Source of the DNA: the human T2T-CHM13v2.0 reference genome, Homo sapiens
Assembly (NCBI RefSeq): GCF_009914755.1
Contig: NC_060937.1
Direction: 5' to 3' (one strand)
Length of the DNA: 64,000 nt
Made by a program: the position numbers and the translations under genes. Shown here piece after piece: positions 29,991 to 45,565 of the stretch. Below the pieces are notes generated by a model. The model had not been told where the DNA came from. It was given only the letters and a program-made list of their open reading frames with translations, and made no database searches. Every line of letters starts with the position of its first letter. The first letter of the stretch is position 1.

Positions 29991-32142
29991 CTCTTTAGAT
30001 ATGCAGTTGTGATCACATCTGGAATTCACTATGTGCTTAAAATGGATACTTTATATGAAGTCTGTCTATTTGAGATATCCCAAAAAATTAAAAATCAAGC
30101 TGACTGGTCTTTTGAGAATGAAAGATGTGGGGAAAAATGCAATGAAGATTGAATTTGGGTCAATTACTCACTGTCTTGCTTGTTCGGGAATTATGACTAG
30201 AAGTGTTAATAAAAGAATTAAGCCATGAGTTACTCTCAGAAGTATTGCTATAAACATTTGACCTCTGCTACCATCCCTGTTGTAAGGACTCATTGAACAC
30301 TTACATGTTGCATGGTGCGTGCTCATTAATTTTTCTATTGCACTAAAGTTAACATTCTACATAGATATCAAAATTATTCCTACTTCACGAGTCTGTATCA
30401 GAAAAAGATTTTCAAGACAAGTGCCATTGCTTATGACTTTTCTGAACATAGGTCATGGGAAATCTAATCAGCATCAAAACTATGCTAGCATTTCTCATAT
30501 TTTATTTTGAAAGGACAGCAAATGATCTCAGGATGGTACTGGCCCATCTCTCCAAACACTCTCTGTTGTTGCATGATAGAAGAGTGTGTGAGAATTCAAA
30601 TGATAATTCATAATGGATTTGAAGGATGTCTTCTTTCTTGGTGATGAGGGGCTAGCATAAAGGGAACTTGGTTGACTTCCAATCCTTGAAGCTATTGCTT
30701 CTGATTCACTTCTGTTAAGCAGATATTTTTGGATAATGATACTATAGGATAAATGCTGATTAGGTCCATTGTTAGCAGAGGGGAGCTGAGCTAAAGCAAT
30801 TTGCAAGTTGTGACTGTAGTTGCTTGATGAACTATTGAACTAATTGCCTACATTGCTGAACTAACTAAAGAATTTCTTTAAGTTAGAGGATGATGACAGG
30901 GAAGAGACTATTTACAAATAGTGCTTCTTGTACAGCTGGGTAGAATTTAGGGTCATTCATTTATGTTCAGCATTTCCAAAGGTTAACAATATGAATCATA
31001 CAACTGAAATTGGCATCACATGGCTTTAGAATGTCACCACATCAAACACGCAGCTGGCGTCAGGGAAGGAGGCCTGATGTCATTGTATGTTTGGCCTATA
31101 TGTTTTCTTAACCCAACAGCTAGCTTCCTGTGAAACAGTACATCCGCATGGAATGTCTCCGTGGACTACACGTAGAGTTCAGGATACTTCTGCCATCTTA
31201 GTTGTGTGAGTGAGCCAAATCACACAGACAAATGCCCATTTGGAAAATAGGTTCTGAATTTATACACATGAAAAACCAAGGGAAAAAGATTTGCCTATAG
31301 AGAGATCACACCAAGGATACTGAGCTGGGGATGATTAAAATAAAAGTGACATTGACCAGGTAAAATTCCATTTTAGGTGACTGTCGCTGTCACACAGTTC
31401 TAGTGATACATTTGCAGCAACCAACTTTGCAAGCTACAAAGGATCAGCCTTATGATCCAGATTTGGCCTTTGATTTGGGGGATGCTATTTGCATTATGGC
31501 ACTCTTCCTGTGATGAGCTTTATGACTTCTTATTACCCAGTACATAAAACTCTGCTATTGCATTGTGATGACTATTCATTTTAATCTTGAAGAATTTATA
31601 ACCTGACTCGAGGTGAGTGATTTAAAATAGAAAAACAACCAAAGACATATGTTACAAATACCAGTGCTTCCCCTGAGTTCTCTGAGGCTAGTGTTGGGCT
31701 CTCTTGAGGCCAGCATGGTCATGGTTTCTGCTCTACCACCTCTGTGCATCATGAACCTGGAGTGTCTATACCTTCCCCATGTTTAGAACGGACAGATTTG
31801 ATGGATGAAGAGTCTCCAGCTAAAGTTTCCTGAGGGAAGGTTCTGTCTCTTATGCAGCATTATATAAATCTAGTGTCTGGCATGGTGCCTAATGTATAGT
31901 GGGAATATAAGTATTTTGATTGAATGAATAAACAAATATAGATGTGCACATGGGAAGTAGACCACACAGGAAAAGTTACTGTGTATTGATTCATTTGCTG
32001 ACTAGCAAATAGGATGTTTGGAAATGAATTGGTCATATTGCTATTACCCTCCAAATAATCACATTATTTCTACAGATTGCAATATAGGCATAAGCATCAT
32101 GTGAAGTAGGTATCCATTCTGATTATAAAAATAAGGTGGTGC

Positions 32143-32998
32143 CATCTGGGAAGTGAGGAGCGCCTCTGCCCGGCCGCCCCGTCTGGGAGGTGAGGAGCGC
32201 CTCCGCCCGGCCGCCCCGTCTGGGAGGTGGGGAGCGCCTCCGCCCGGCCGCCCCGTCTGGGAGGTGGGGAGCGCCTCCGCCCGGCCGTCCCGTCTGGGAG
32301 GTGGGGAGCGCCTCCGCCCGGCCGTCCCGTCTGGGAGGTGGGGAGCGCCTCCGCCCGGCCGCCCCGTCTGGGAGGTGGGGAGCGCCTCCGCCCGGCCGTC
32401 CCGTCTGGGAGGTGGGGAGCGCCTCCGCCCGGCCGCCCCGTCTGGGAGGTGTACCCAACAGCTCCGAAGAGACAGCGACCGTCGAGAATGGGCCATGATG
32501 ACGATGGGGGTTTTGTTGAAAAGAAAAGGGGGAAATGTGGGGAAAAGAAAGAGAGATCAGATTGTTACTGTGTCTGTGTAGAAAGAAGTAGACATAGGAG
32601 ACTCCATTTTGTTCTGTACTAAGAAAAATTCTTCTGCCTTGGGATGCTGTTAATCTATAACCTTACCCCCAACCCCATGCTCTCTGAAACATGTGCTGTG
32701 TCCACTCAGGGTTAAATGGATTAAGGGCGGTGCAAGATGTGCTTTGTTAAACAGATGCTTGAAGGCAGCATACTGGTTAAGAGTCATCACCACTCCCTAA
32801 TCTCAAGTACCCAGGGACACAAACACTGCGGAAGGCCAAAGGGTCCTCTGCCTAGGAAAACCAGAGACCTTTGTTCACGTGTTTATCTGCTGACCTTCTC
32901 TCCACTATTATCCTATGACTCTGCCACATCCCCCTCTCTGAGAAACACCCAAGAATGATCAATAAATACTAAAAAAAAAAATAATAATAAAAATAAAA
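32143..32998 (+). mobile_element. 5'-truncated SVA (SVA_A-type): VNTR 32143-32450, SINE-R, poly(A)
   Basis: About 8 GC-rich 37-bp units, HERV-K-derived SINE-R, aataaa, and a perfect TSD aaaaataaggtggtgc (32127-32142 / 32999-33014). Confidence 0.97.
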
Positions 32999-34224
32999 AA
33001 AAATAAGGTGGTGCATCGAATGGCAAAGTGATTAGGAATCCCTTTGGACAGTTCATTCGTAAGGAATTTGATTCTGAACTTTAAATTCCTTCTGGTAAGG
33101 TGAGCTAGCTTGCTTTAGCTAACACTTGCTCTGCCTGATTCTTGCATATCTTGATGCCTCTGTTATAAAGCACAGTAGTGACTAAATCAGTAGAAAACAC
33201 TGCAGCCACTCCATGGGTCAGGGGGCTGGAGGGGATGATATTTAAGGACCCTTCTGTCCCTGAATTGTTCTAAGCCTATTAAAAAACCAACAAAATAAGA
33301 CAACAAAAAAGGAAAAAGCCCACTTCCAGAAGCAGTCTTTTCTGTGAAAAAAAAAAAAAAAAATTAATCAAGCTATTATTTGGCATCTTGTTGAAAAGGC
33401 ACAGTTAAAAAAAAAGATTATGAGACAAGTTTTTTTAATTTGCATTTCTACAAGTTGCTTTGCTGTCATCTAGAAATGGCTCAAGCCTTATGTTTCGGAT
33501 CTTAGCATGAGTCAGGAGGGGCTTAGCTTCTGCCCCCAACCCTTATCCACCTGCTGATGGTGATGGGGAGGCTTTTGCATTTGTTTCCATGTCAGCTGAC
33601 CCTTGGGCTTGGGTTCTGGAGCTTGCAATGTCCCTCACAGGGACAGGGACTGATCCTGGAAATGGCCTGGCAGTGTACTCACCCAGCGGGGTGAACTCAG
33701 ACAACCGACAACTTGGTGACTTCGACAGATGTTTTTGTCTCAAAGCCTTGGGCACCTTGCCCTGCTGTCTCGCATGCAGAGGGTGATGCCTGGCGCCCTG
33801 CCTGGTGCCACCAGGAATGAGTGTAGCCCCAGGGAGTACTGCCAAGTCATGTCGGTGAGCTGCTTTCTGGGGGCCAACTGGCCACTGGATAAATGTGTTG
33901 GTCGGCGTGTTCAGAACAGTCAGGGGTCACACTAGCTTAAGTATCTCACTGCTTTATGTGGCTGTAACTTCTAAGTCTATGTTCTGTGTTTCAAGCCATT
34001 TTGTTTATACATTGCATGTGCTTCATTGTGCAATTGTGGTGACTGAGGGGGTTCATTGGACAGAAGCCATAGGTTTCACGGTTGTGTCTGTAGCAAAATA
34101 TTAGTGGGAAAACATGCTGCCCCGAGTGTATTCTGGTTCAACTCTGAAGATTGAAGTCACCTAAACAATAAATAAGAGATAAACCCTGCCAGTCAACAAC
34201 AGATTACATAGACCCACTTTTGGT

Positions 34225-34480
34225 AAAGCATGGTGCAGTTGAAAAGCACTGAGCTTGTAGTCAGGAAGCCTCTGCATATTCTGCTTCACCATTTATAAGC
34301 TGGGCCCTTGAATGTTTTCAATGTATTTTAAATTTGGTCCTGTTCCTATTTTAATAACTTTATTTTGTATTGAAGTATCTCTCAAATTAAAAAGAAAATG
34401 AGTGAAGAGGTTGCAAATTTATCAGATTACTTAAGTCTTTGTGCCTCAATTTCCTTACCTGTATAATCGAGTTCATTTAT
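34225..34480 (+). mobile_element. MIR fragments
   Basis: gcatggtgcagttgaaaagcactg and tttgtgcctcaatttccttacctgtataa. Confidence 0.6.
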
Positions 34481-35046
34481 TCATTCAATACACAGCCACA
34501 GCAGTTGAATATTTTCTCCCTGCTAGGCACTGGCCTGGGTCCTGGGGGTACAATGGGGAAGAAGACTGGGTCCTGCTCCTGTTCCAGGGAACAGAGTCAT
34601 TATTCAGGGACAAATCCCAGAGCAAAGAACAAGGTGCTCTTGCAGAGAAAAGAACCCAGAGTCATTGGAATATGGAGGCCAAAGAAAGTTATTCTGCTGG
34701 GACCTTAAGCTCCATCTAGAGGTGATGTTTTGCACTGAGCTAAAAAGATGAGCTGGGATTCTGTCAAGACTTGGAGCAGGAGCAGGGTGAGTGCATTCTG
34801 AACAAAGGGGAAAGTGTGTTTGGTCACACGAGGCAATGAAAGAGTATCTGGAAACAGGGAGATGCTGCTCCTGGAGAAAGACAGAGTGGCAGAAGTGCGA
34901 AGCGCAGCAGCAGTGAGGTGTTGTGCCTGTACTACCTTACTTCACAGAGGTGCTGGGACCATCAACTATGACAACACTCTGCAGGCTAGGAAAATGATTA
35001 ACAGAGGTTTTTTTTTTTTTTTTTTTTTTCTGATTGTGAAAACAAC

Positions 35047-35173
35047 AAGCATTACATTTAAGGCCAATGTGATTGACAGGATTTGGTGATAGAGTGCCAT
35101 GGGAGCTGAGGAAGGAGAAACTGAGGATGAGTAGTCATGGATTCACAGACATTAAAGTGCAGATAGTTTTATT
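35047..35173 (+). repeat. 127-bp exact direct repeat, copy 1 (inserted copy)
   Basis: Identical by eye to 35691-35817. Confidence 0.97.
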
Positions 35174-35329
35174 TAATTGTAGTTAATTTAGGAAATACAC
35201 GTTAGTATTAAAAAAAAACAAACCCTCCAGAATCTCTCCCCGGAGAAAGAACTGTAACATTTTGATGTGTTTCTTAACACCTAGGTGTGATTCCTTGTTA
35301 CTCTCTGTGATGTTTAAACTGAGACCTAA

Positions 35330-35820
35330 AGATTAAGAAGGGAGTGGTAGCAGAGACATGGGAGGTGCCTCCAGGCAGAGATGAGCTTGTGGAAGGCCCC
35401 GAGAGGGGAGAGACCGGCCTGTGGAAGGACCTGGAAGAAGATCAGGGGGCTGGAGTCGAGGGTGAGAGCAAGAGCAGTGGGATGAAGTTGCAGGTTGGCA
35501 GCCAGATCACATGGGACCTTGTGGGGCATGCCCAGCATTTGGGCAACTGGGAAGTTTGATGAGTTTTGACCAGGAAACTGATATGCCATGGTCTTTCTTT
35601 TCCCAAAGACCACTGATTGTGGGAGGCAGGTGTGGAAGCAGGGAGACCAGATACATTCTCGTGAAAGATTATGGTGGCAGTGGAGATAGAAAGCATTACA
35701 TTTAAGGCCAATGTGATTGACAGGATTTGGTGATAGAGTGCCATGGGAGCTGAGGAAGGAGAAACTGAGGATGAGTAGTCATGGATTCACAGACATTAAA
35801 GTGCAGATAGTTTTATTATA
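35330..35820 (-). mobile_element. L2 fragment containing direct-repeat copy 2 (35691-35817)
   Basis: L2-like ccagatcacatgggaccttgtgggg, gtggaagcagggagaccag and gacaggatttggtgat. Confidence 0.7.
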
Positions 35821-36830
35821 CTCAGATAATAGAAGTGAACTGTAGTTAAGATGTTTCTGATTTCCCCATATTTTATCAATGCTCTATCATCACTTATCAC
35901 TGATTCTTGTGTTTTTCCACTTTAGGCCTTGAAGAAATGCATGTTGGTCGAGAAGATTGCTTTACTTATCCCCTTTGTTTTCTGCCCTTCCTTCTCTCTA
36001 CCCCTAATTCCAGGAATTTCCATCCCTTTCTGGGTGCTGGTCAGAACTCATAACTCGGAGCCACACCCATGATGTGGCCTAAAGGGGAGGCAGAGGAGAC
36101 TTGGATGAGCAGACACAAGACATCCCAAAATGTGCTGGACAGGCAGGGGAAGGGAAGTGCTGCCCTTCCTTCTGATGTGGAACCTGCCCTCCCCACTCCC
36201 ACACTCTGGATGAATCTCTTGCCTCTCTTGATCTTCTAGGTTAAACCAATATCTGGAGGTAAAGCTGAGTTGCTGAAGGTCTCATGAGTAGATGAGAAAA
36301 CCAGTCTTAGTTTTCTCATCTACTGAGAAATGAGAGAATGAACTCCAGTCAGCTTTAGAACACTGACAAAAGTCAAAGCTGATGGTTTGACATGGAGTTA
36401 ATGTTGACTGGTTAGGATGACTGGCTGGTGGTGAACTGGAATGTTAGCAGTGGGTATCTCTAACTCGTGAGATTACAGGTGACATTAATTTTCTTCTTTG
36501 TAGGTCTGTGTATTTTACAAGTTTTCTGCAATGAGCACGTGCTCTTTAAAAAACCTGATGAAAAATCAGTTTTATTATTGCCATTGCTGTAAAATTATAT
36601 ATACTTCTCAAATTCACCAGTTTTAATAACTATGTGAAATGTGTTTAATTTTAGGGAAAAGATGGCTTAGTTTTTATTGAAAGGAATTACCATTCTGTTT
36701 CTTTTGAATGACAGAGCTGAGAGCCCCTAAAAATAGATTGCCTATTTGTAAATCTGCCTTGTATACTTGGAAGTTTCTAAGAAAATGCAAATTGAGATTT
36801 TACTCAAAATGTTTAAAAATATAAGTAGTA

Positions 36831-37143
36831 GGCCAGGCATGGTGGCTCAGGCCTGTGATCCCAGCACTTTGGGAGGCCGAGGTGGGCGGATCACGAGGTC
36901 AGGAGATTGAGACCATCCTGGCTAACACTGTGAAACCCCGTCTCTACTAAAAATACAAAAAATTAGCCAGGCATTGTGGCGGGCACCTGTAGTCCCAGCT
37001 TCAGGAGGCTGAGGCAGGAGAATGGCGTGAACACAGCAGGCGGAGCTTGCAGTGAGCCAAGATCATGCCACTGCACTCCAGGTGGGTGACCAGTGAGACT
37101 CTGTCTCAAAAAGAAAAAAAAAAAAAGAAAGAAAGAAAAAAAA
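36831..37143 (+). mobile_element. AluY-like
   Basis: gatcacgaggtcaggagattgagaccatcctggctaac and gaatggcgtgaac; TSD ataagtagta. Confidence 0.93.
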
Positions 37144-37196
37144 TAAGTAGTATATCTAAGAACTTTAACCATATGACTATCATATATAAGCTGTGG

Positions 37197-37305
37197 CATA
37201 TGTGTGTATGTGTATACACACATACTTATATATATACACACACACACACAATATACATTTACATACATAAAATTTACATATATAATATACATTTATACAT
37301 ATATG
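37197..37305. repeat. TA/CA-rich simple repeat
   Basis: Directly visible. Confidence 0.9.
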
Positions 37306-37461
37306 AAATCTTTGTATCACCCACAGAATTTAACTTAGTACCAGAATATTAGTTTTAGTATCTCAATAATTGGTAAATAATTGTTGGAAGTATGTGCTAT
37401 TCTGGATTTTACTTATTAAAAATGGTAGGAAATGCAAATGACAGGAGGGAGCTTACTTTAA

Positions 37462-37765
<304 letters not shown>

Positions 37766-38007
37766 AAAGTTTTTAAGCTTTTTAAAAACAGCTGTATGTT
37801 TGGATGAAAAAAATCAAGTAGGTACAAATAAAAGGACTTGATATAAGAGCAGTACATCCAGAAAGGAGATAGAGGCTTTAATTTACTAAGATTTCAATAT
37901 GATGTAATGATTAAAAATAAAGAAATATAATTTTAGGCTGCATTAATATAATACAGTATCTTCAACAAGCGATATAGTACTTTTCACTTAAAAACAAGCC
38001 CTGTGTA

Positions 38008-39410
<1,403 letters not shown>

Positions 39411-39884
39411 ACCCTGTTAAAGCTAAACCCTTACTAGGGTCCAGAAGGCCTTATGATCTGGTACCCAGGTGTGTAAAATTTTCTGTGGATTAGATAATAC
39501 CAGAGAAAATTTGTGAGAGATGATAAAAATGGAAAAATGATGCTAAAGCATTCCAAAGGCTATGGCCTGGGTGCTCACTTTTGCTTTAAAAACTTCCACA
39601 TACTGGGAATATTTCCTTGGGAAAATAATCGGATTTCATAGTGGAAATTAGAAGAAAATATTTGTGTTAAGAAAATTCATGTTATCTTCTACTGTGATGG
39701 AAATCAACTTTTTCCCCATTAAAAAATATAAATCGTGTTACAGATTCAAGTGCAAGTGATTTTTAAAGTGACATGGCAAAGTGAAATGGAGGATTGAAGC
39801 AGTTTTCTGGATAGCCCAGGCTACCACCTGACCACCTCATCTGATATGTACATGTAATTAACAATTTTTCGTGAGAAGTTTAAA

Positions 39885-41015
39885 TCGCTATAGCAGTCAA
39901 CTGTTTTCCAAAATTCATTCTTCTTTTCTTCTACTCTACTGGATTGTTTTCCTAAGCACAAAGAATTTTGCCACAGCTAAAGTCAGTATTTCTCAGCTTC
40001 TTATTGCAGCTAGATGTGGCCATGTGATTATGTTTTGGCGATGGGATATGAACAAAAATGATATGTGGCACATTCAAGTCCTGACCTGAAAGGATTGTTA
40101 TGTGAACATCCATTGTGTCTTCTCCCTTTCTGCTGACTGAGATGTAGTTGTGATAGCGGGAACTGGAGGAGCCACTTTGGACTCAGAGATGGAAAACCTG
40201 TGTTGAGGAGTCCTGGACTTTTATGTGAAAACTTCTATTTAAACTATTGTATGTCTGAGTCCTTTGATCACAGCATCTTGTGCTGTATTCCCAAAAGTAC
40301 AATATCTTTGCTTCATAATAAACTGTCTCCAAATGCAGTGACTTAAAAAAACAATCATTTATTAGCTCCTGATACTGTTGTTTGTCAATATGGTCTATGC
40401 TCATCTGGGCAGTTGCCTGGGTTCACTCACATGGCTGCAGGTAGCTGGTGGGTGTGCCAAGGGATAATTGGCTCTGGATGGTCTAATTCATGTGATTGAC
40501 AGGGGCAGTGGGAGCAACTGTGTTCCATGTCTCTAGCATTTAACAAGTTCAGGCTTCTTCTCATGGTGGCTGGATTCCAAATGTAACCAGAGATAGCAAG
40601 CCCCAGTGAGCAATCACTTTTTACACCCCTGCTTGTGTTATACTTGGTAATGCCACACTGGCCAAAAAAAATAGCATGGCCAAACCAAGAGTGAATGTGG
40701 GAAGGTGTATATTTACAGCAGGGTTTCTGAACAGCAACACTACTGATATTGGGGCTGGAAAATTCTTTGTCTTGTGGGCCATCCTGTGCATTGTAGGACA
40801 TTCAACAGCATTCCTGGCTTCTACCCCTCAGATATCAGTAGCAGTTCAGGCCATAACCTTCACACACCCCAGACCATAACACACAAACATGTCTCTAACA
40901 TTGCCAATGACCTTTGCATGGAAAAATTGCCTTCAGTTGAAAATAACTGGTTTACAGGGAGATGTGAATCTGGTGTGAAACTTTGAGGACTATTAATGCA
41001 ACAATCTGCCACATA
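39885..41015. mobile_element. Adjacent old LTRs (LTR33-like and MLT1-like)
   Basis: ttgcagctagatgtggccatgtga and ctccaaatgcagtgacttaaaaaaacaatcatttattagctc. Confidence 0.6.
40719..40949. mobile_element. MER20 (hAT-Charlie) inside the MLT1 LTR
   Basis: cagggtttct..tcctgtgcattgtagga..ttgaaaataactg; 8-bp TSD atttacag/gtttacag. Confidence 0.88.
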
Positions 41016-41239
41016 CAACAATTGATATAGTCAGCTTATTTTTCTTTGCTGTGTTGTTACTCTTAAATTCGGACACTGTTGCTAATTATCTCCACTGATG
41101 TGTATGTTTTTGAAAGCTGTTGTTTAGTTCAAGGACTCAGCCCTTGTGTTTAGAGCTTGATGTTGTTTGTGATTCTGCCTTTTATACTTGGACTACTAGC
41201 ACAAAACTGGCCTTAGTTACTAGAAAATATTAGTATTGT

Positions 41240-41690
41240 GCTATATTGGATTATTATACTCAAATCTTTCCTTCTTCTCTGTAATAATACATTTCTTCCT
41301 GTTGTCAGGTGACTTACCATGCCTCACAGGAGGCAGAATACACATCTTTGCTCCATTGTCCTTGGGCTTGGCCGTGTGACTTGTTTTGACAGATAGAGGG
41401 TGGGCATATGTAAATGCCAATTCTGACAGAGGTTTTAAAAGGCTTTGCATGTTTCTGCAGGTCTCTCTTGTGCTCCTGCCTCCTGCCATGAGAACAGCAA
41501 GTCCCAGGTAAGAACTAATCCTTCTGCCTAACTCTCCATAGGAGAAAACCTGAACTTGACCTACGTTCTGGAACAGAGCCACCCAGATGACCCACAGACA
41601 CTGGGAGAGAAATGAAGACTTATTGTTTTAGACTTTGATATTCTGGAATTGATTGCAGCATCATTACGGCAAAAGCTGACTAATACAATT
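41240..41690 (+). mobile_element. MLT1-type LTR
   Basis: gggcttggccgtgtgacttg..ctgccatgagaac..gcaaaagctgactaataca. Confidence 0.8.
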
Positions 41691-41907
41691 CCATTTGTTA
41701 TTCTATTAAGTTCTTTTTATTAAAAAAGTATATAACCATTGTTGAAAAATTAGAAAATACAGAAAATCAAAATGAAGAAAAAAATTGGGTAGGAAGACAG
41801 GCTCAAACAACTATGATGCAATTACATGTTTATTTACAATTGTGATAAGTGCTATAAAGGGAAAGTCTGTATTCTAGGATAATATTAATATTTAAAAAGA
41901 GGGCATA

Positions 41908-42230
<323 letters not shown>

Positions 42231-45200
42231 TCAGGAAAAACTTTCCAAAAGAAATAATGTTACGCATATCGTGTATTAAATACATAAAAACTATAATGTT
42301 GCATCTATTATAATACACACATACTTTTATATTACAAATAGGTTAGTTCTTATATATATATTTCTTATACATACTTCTCTCATATATAATGTAACATGTA
42401 TAAGAGAACATATTACTGAATTTATTCTCTTCAATGGACAATATAAAATTAACATCTTTCCATATTAGCAAATATGTTCTCACATCATCATTTATTTTAA
42501 TGCCTGTCTCATATTCCAGTGATATGTGTGGGCCATGGTTGATTCAACCCATCCTCTGATGTTGGACGTTTGAGTTGATTTTCATTTTTTGTCACTCTGA
42601 ACAATCTTGTAATGAACATTCTAGCAAGGACTCTAACCTGTTTGCTGAAGAGAAATAATTGTGGTGAAAATGAGAAAATTATGTGCTGTGAAGCAAAATT
42701 CTATGACATATCCTGACCTTATGTATCCCCTCAGGAAGCATAATGGAAATATTTATGTTTGAAATAAAATTTCTCATGTACTTCCAGCTACACTCAGTGA
42801 GTCATTCCTGAAGATCCTTGGGGAAAATTTAGACTATGTTTCTTGGATGAAGATTGATTGGTGGCAGACAGGGGCAGAACATCAAGGGAGATGATATATA
42901 TGTATAAAGTGGAGGAAACTAGACTATTACTTCTGCTTTTTCAAGTCAAGATGTGATCTGCTGTCATAATATTATATTGCTGGCTTGGCTTTTTTTTGTT
43001 TTTTTCTGTCAGTGTGGTTATTGTTACTTCATCTGTGGCCTGTTTCCAAAAGCAATGAGTGAGCCCCCGCAAGATAATCACTAGATTATCTGGTTCTTTC
43101 ATGACTAATAGGCCAGGGGAATGTACTAAACAAACAGTTCAGCTCGAACGTGTTGCAGGGGATTGAAACTGTCTGAATGAAAATAAAATATGATAAAATA
43201 ATATAATTCACATGATTCATCTTCTGCAGGACAACCAAGTCTGACATTCCTATTCCATATAAGAAGTGGTAATTTCACAGTGTACATTCAGTAAGGATAT
43301 AAAATGTAATTTTGGCAGGTTTCATGGTATAAAGTTATAATATGGTTTTGGGGGTTTATAATATGGATGACTTTATTTACCTTGTGGCTGACTATGAGGT
43401 AAACTTGCAAATATGTGTCCATATTACATTCATCTACTATGAGCAAATACTTTCGGGTTGTGAACCCAAGGGAAGAAAGTGGTAAAATGGCTTATTTTGC
43501 CGCATGAATTTCAGTTTACTCGGGTAATACGAACGTGGCAGGGGCACATTTGTAATTTAGGGAGTTATAACATCAGTGGTTACATTTAATTAAATGACCA
43601 TCAACATGGGATTATTTAGGAAGCATTTCTTCTTCTTTTTGGTTAAACCTGGATTGACTCACATTTTAAAGCATTTTTGTCCAGAAGAGTAATGGAATCC
43701 AACAACTCTCTGTTTTAAATCAATGACTTTGAATCAGTGAGTGGTACTCATAAGAAAAAATACAAGCTAGTTTTTCAGGGGAAAGTATTTCTTTCCTTTA
43801 CTCAGATATTAGACTCTCGCTCTCAGATGACACATGGGGGTACATTTCTTATCTTCCAATTTTCTTTGGAAAGGATCAGATCAGAAGATGAGAAAACAAA
43901 TGTTCAGTGTCCACAGAAATCCTGCTTCTTTTAAACAGTGAAATTATGGCTATAATGCTTTATTCGGTGTTCAGTGCAAGTTTAACCCAGCTTTCTAAAT
44001 GGCGATTTGGTGACATTCAAACCGACAGCCATGACAGGGGCTCAGAGAGGTGAATGACCTCTCAGTCCTCTAAAAGGAAGCCTTTATATACCCAAGTTTA
44101 CTGTCCTTTCAGAAAATCGTCAGCCAAACGCACTTTATTCTTTCAACAAATGTGTACTGAATGTCCCCCAAGTGTCTTTGTAGTCTCTGACTTTTTGAAG
44201 CTTAAGGTCTGATGAGAGAGACAGAAAATATGCAGGTTTTTTAAAAAAATGAAGAGTAAGTCTGTGAAAGCAGTAAAAGTAGAATATAGGAGTGGAGAAT
44301 GGGGCGGGGGGTGGCATAAGAGGAAGAACAAATTTAGACAGGGTGAGGAGGAAAGCCTCTCAGCTAAAGGCTGTGAAGGCATCAGCCATGAGCATCAATT
44401 GCTGTATCCATAGTACCTATAACAGGACCCAACACAGAGTAGGATCTCAATAAATACATGTAGAATGCACAAACGGACAGATGTGTGAGTGAACAGCGCT
44501 CGGGCAGAGGAACTGGGCTGGAGAGCAGACAGGTGGCCAGTGGCACTGGAGCACTGTGGACAAGCAGAGAACATGCTGAGATGGGAGGGCAGACAGGCAG
44601 GTCGCACACAGGTTACGCAGCAGGTTTTGGGTCCTCTTGGTAAGAAGTTTGAGTTGTACATGTCATAGGAAGATATTGGAGACTTTTAAGATGAGAGAAA
44701 TCTGAATTTTCGTTTAAAAGATTGTCTAATATTATCCCAAATAGCCAAAACAATCTTCAAAAAGAAGAACAAAGCTGGAGGCCTCATATTTCTTTATTTA
44801 TTTTATTACAAAATTGCAGTAATCAAGACAGGGTAGTGCTGGCATAAAGACAGACATGTAGAACAGCGGAATGAAATACAGCCCAGAGATCCTGTATATG
44901 ATCAAATGATTTTCAGTAAGGGTGCCAAGACAATGGGGTAAAGAATAGTCTTTTCAACAAATGTTGGGAAAACTAGATCTCCCTGCAGAAGAATAAATTT
45001 GGATCTGTCTTACACCATATTCAAAAATTGACTCAAAATGAATCAAAGACCTAAGCATAAAACCTAAAACTATAAAACTCTTAGAAGAAAACATAGGGGA
45101 AAAGGTTCTTTGGATTTTGCAATGATTTCTTGGATATTACCCAAATGTACAGGCAACAAAAGTAAATGGACTACATCAAAAAAAAGAAAAAAGAACTTCT

Positions 45201-45321
45201 GTGTATCAAAGGACACACTCAACAGAGTGAAAAGGCAACCTATGGAATGGGAGAAAATATTTGTAAATCATATATTTGATATGGGGTTACTGTATAGAAT
45301 ATGTAAAGAACTCTTACAATT

Positions 45322-45470
45322 CAGCCAGGTGTGGTGGTATGCACCTGTAATCCCAGCTACTTGGGAGGTTGAGGCAGAGGATCATTTGAGCCCAGAAGTT
45401 CAAGGCTTAAGTGAACTATGATCATGTCACTGCACTCTAGCCTGGGTGACAGAGTGAGACCGTCTCTAAA
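45322..45470 (+). mobile_element. Alu right monomer (FRAM/AluJ-like)
   Basis: Single arm with ggatcatttgagcccag. Confidence 0.85.
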
Positions 45471-45565
45471 CTCCGCGCCTCCCTCCAAAAAATTATACAC
45501 ACGCACACACACACACTTCTTGCTCCTTCTTGCTATCCCCATTTCCTCTGCCTTAGTTTAAAAAA

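Noticed and set aside
32059-32622. Repetitive Arg/Pro/Gly-rich ORFs, or a CRISPR-like array
   Set aside because: These are translations of the SVA VNTR: tandem units with no unique spacers.
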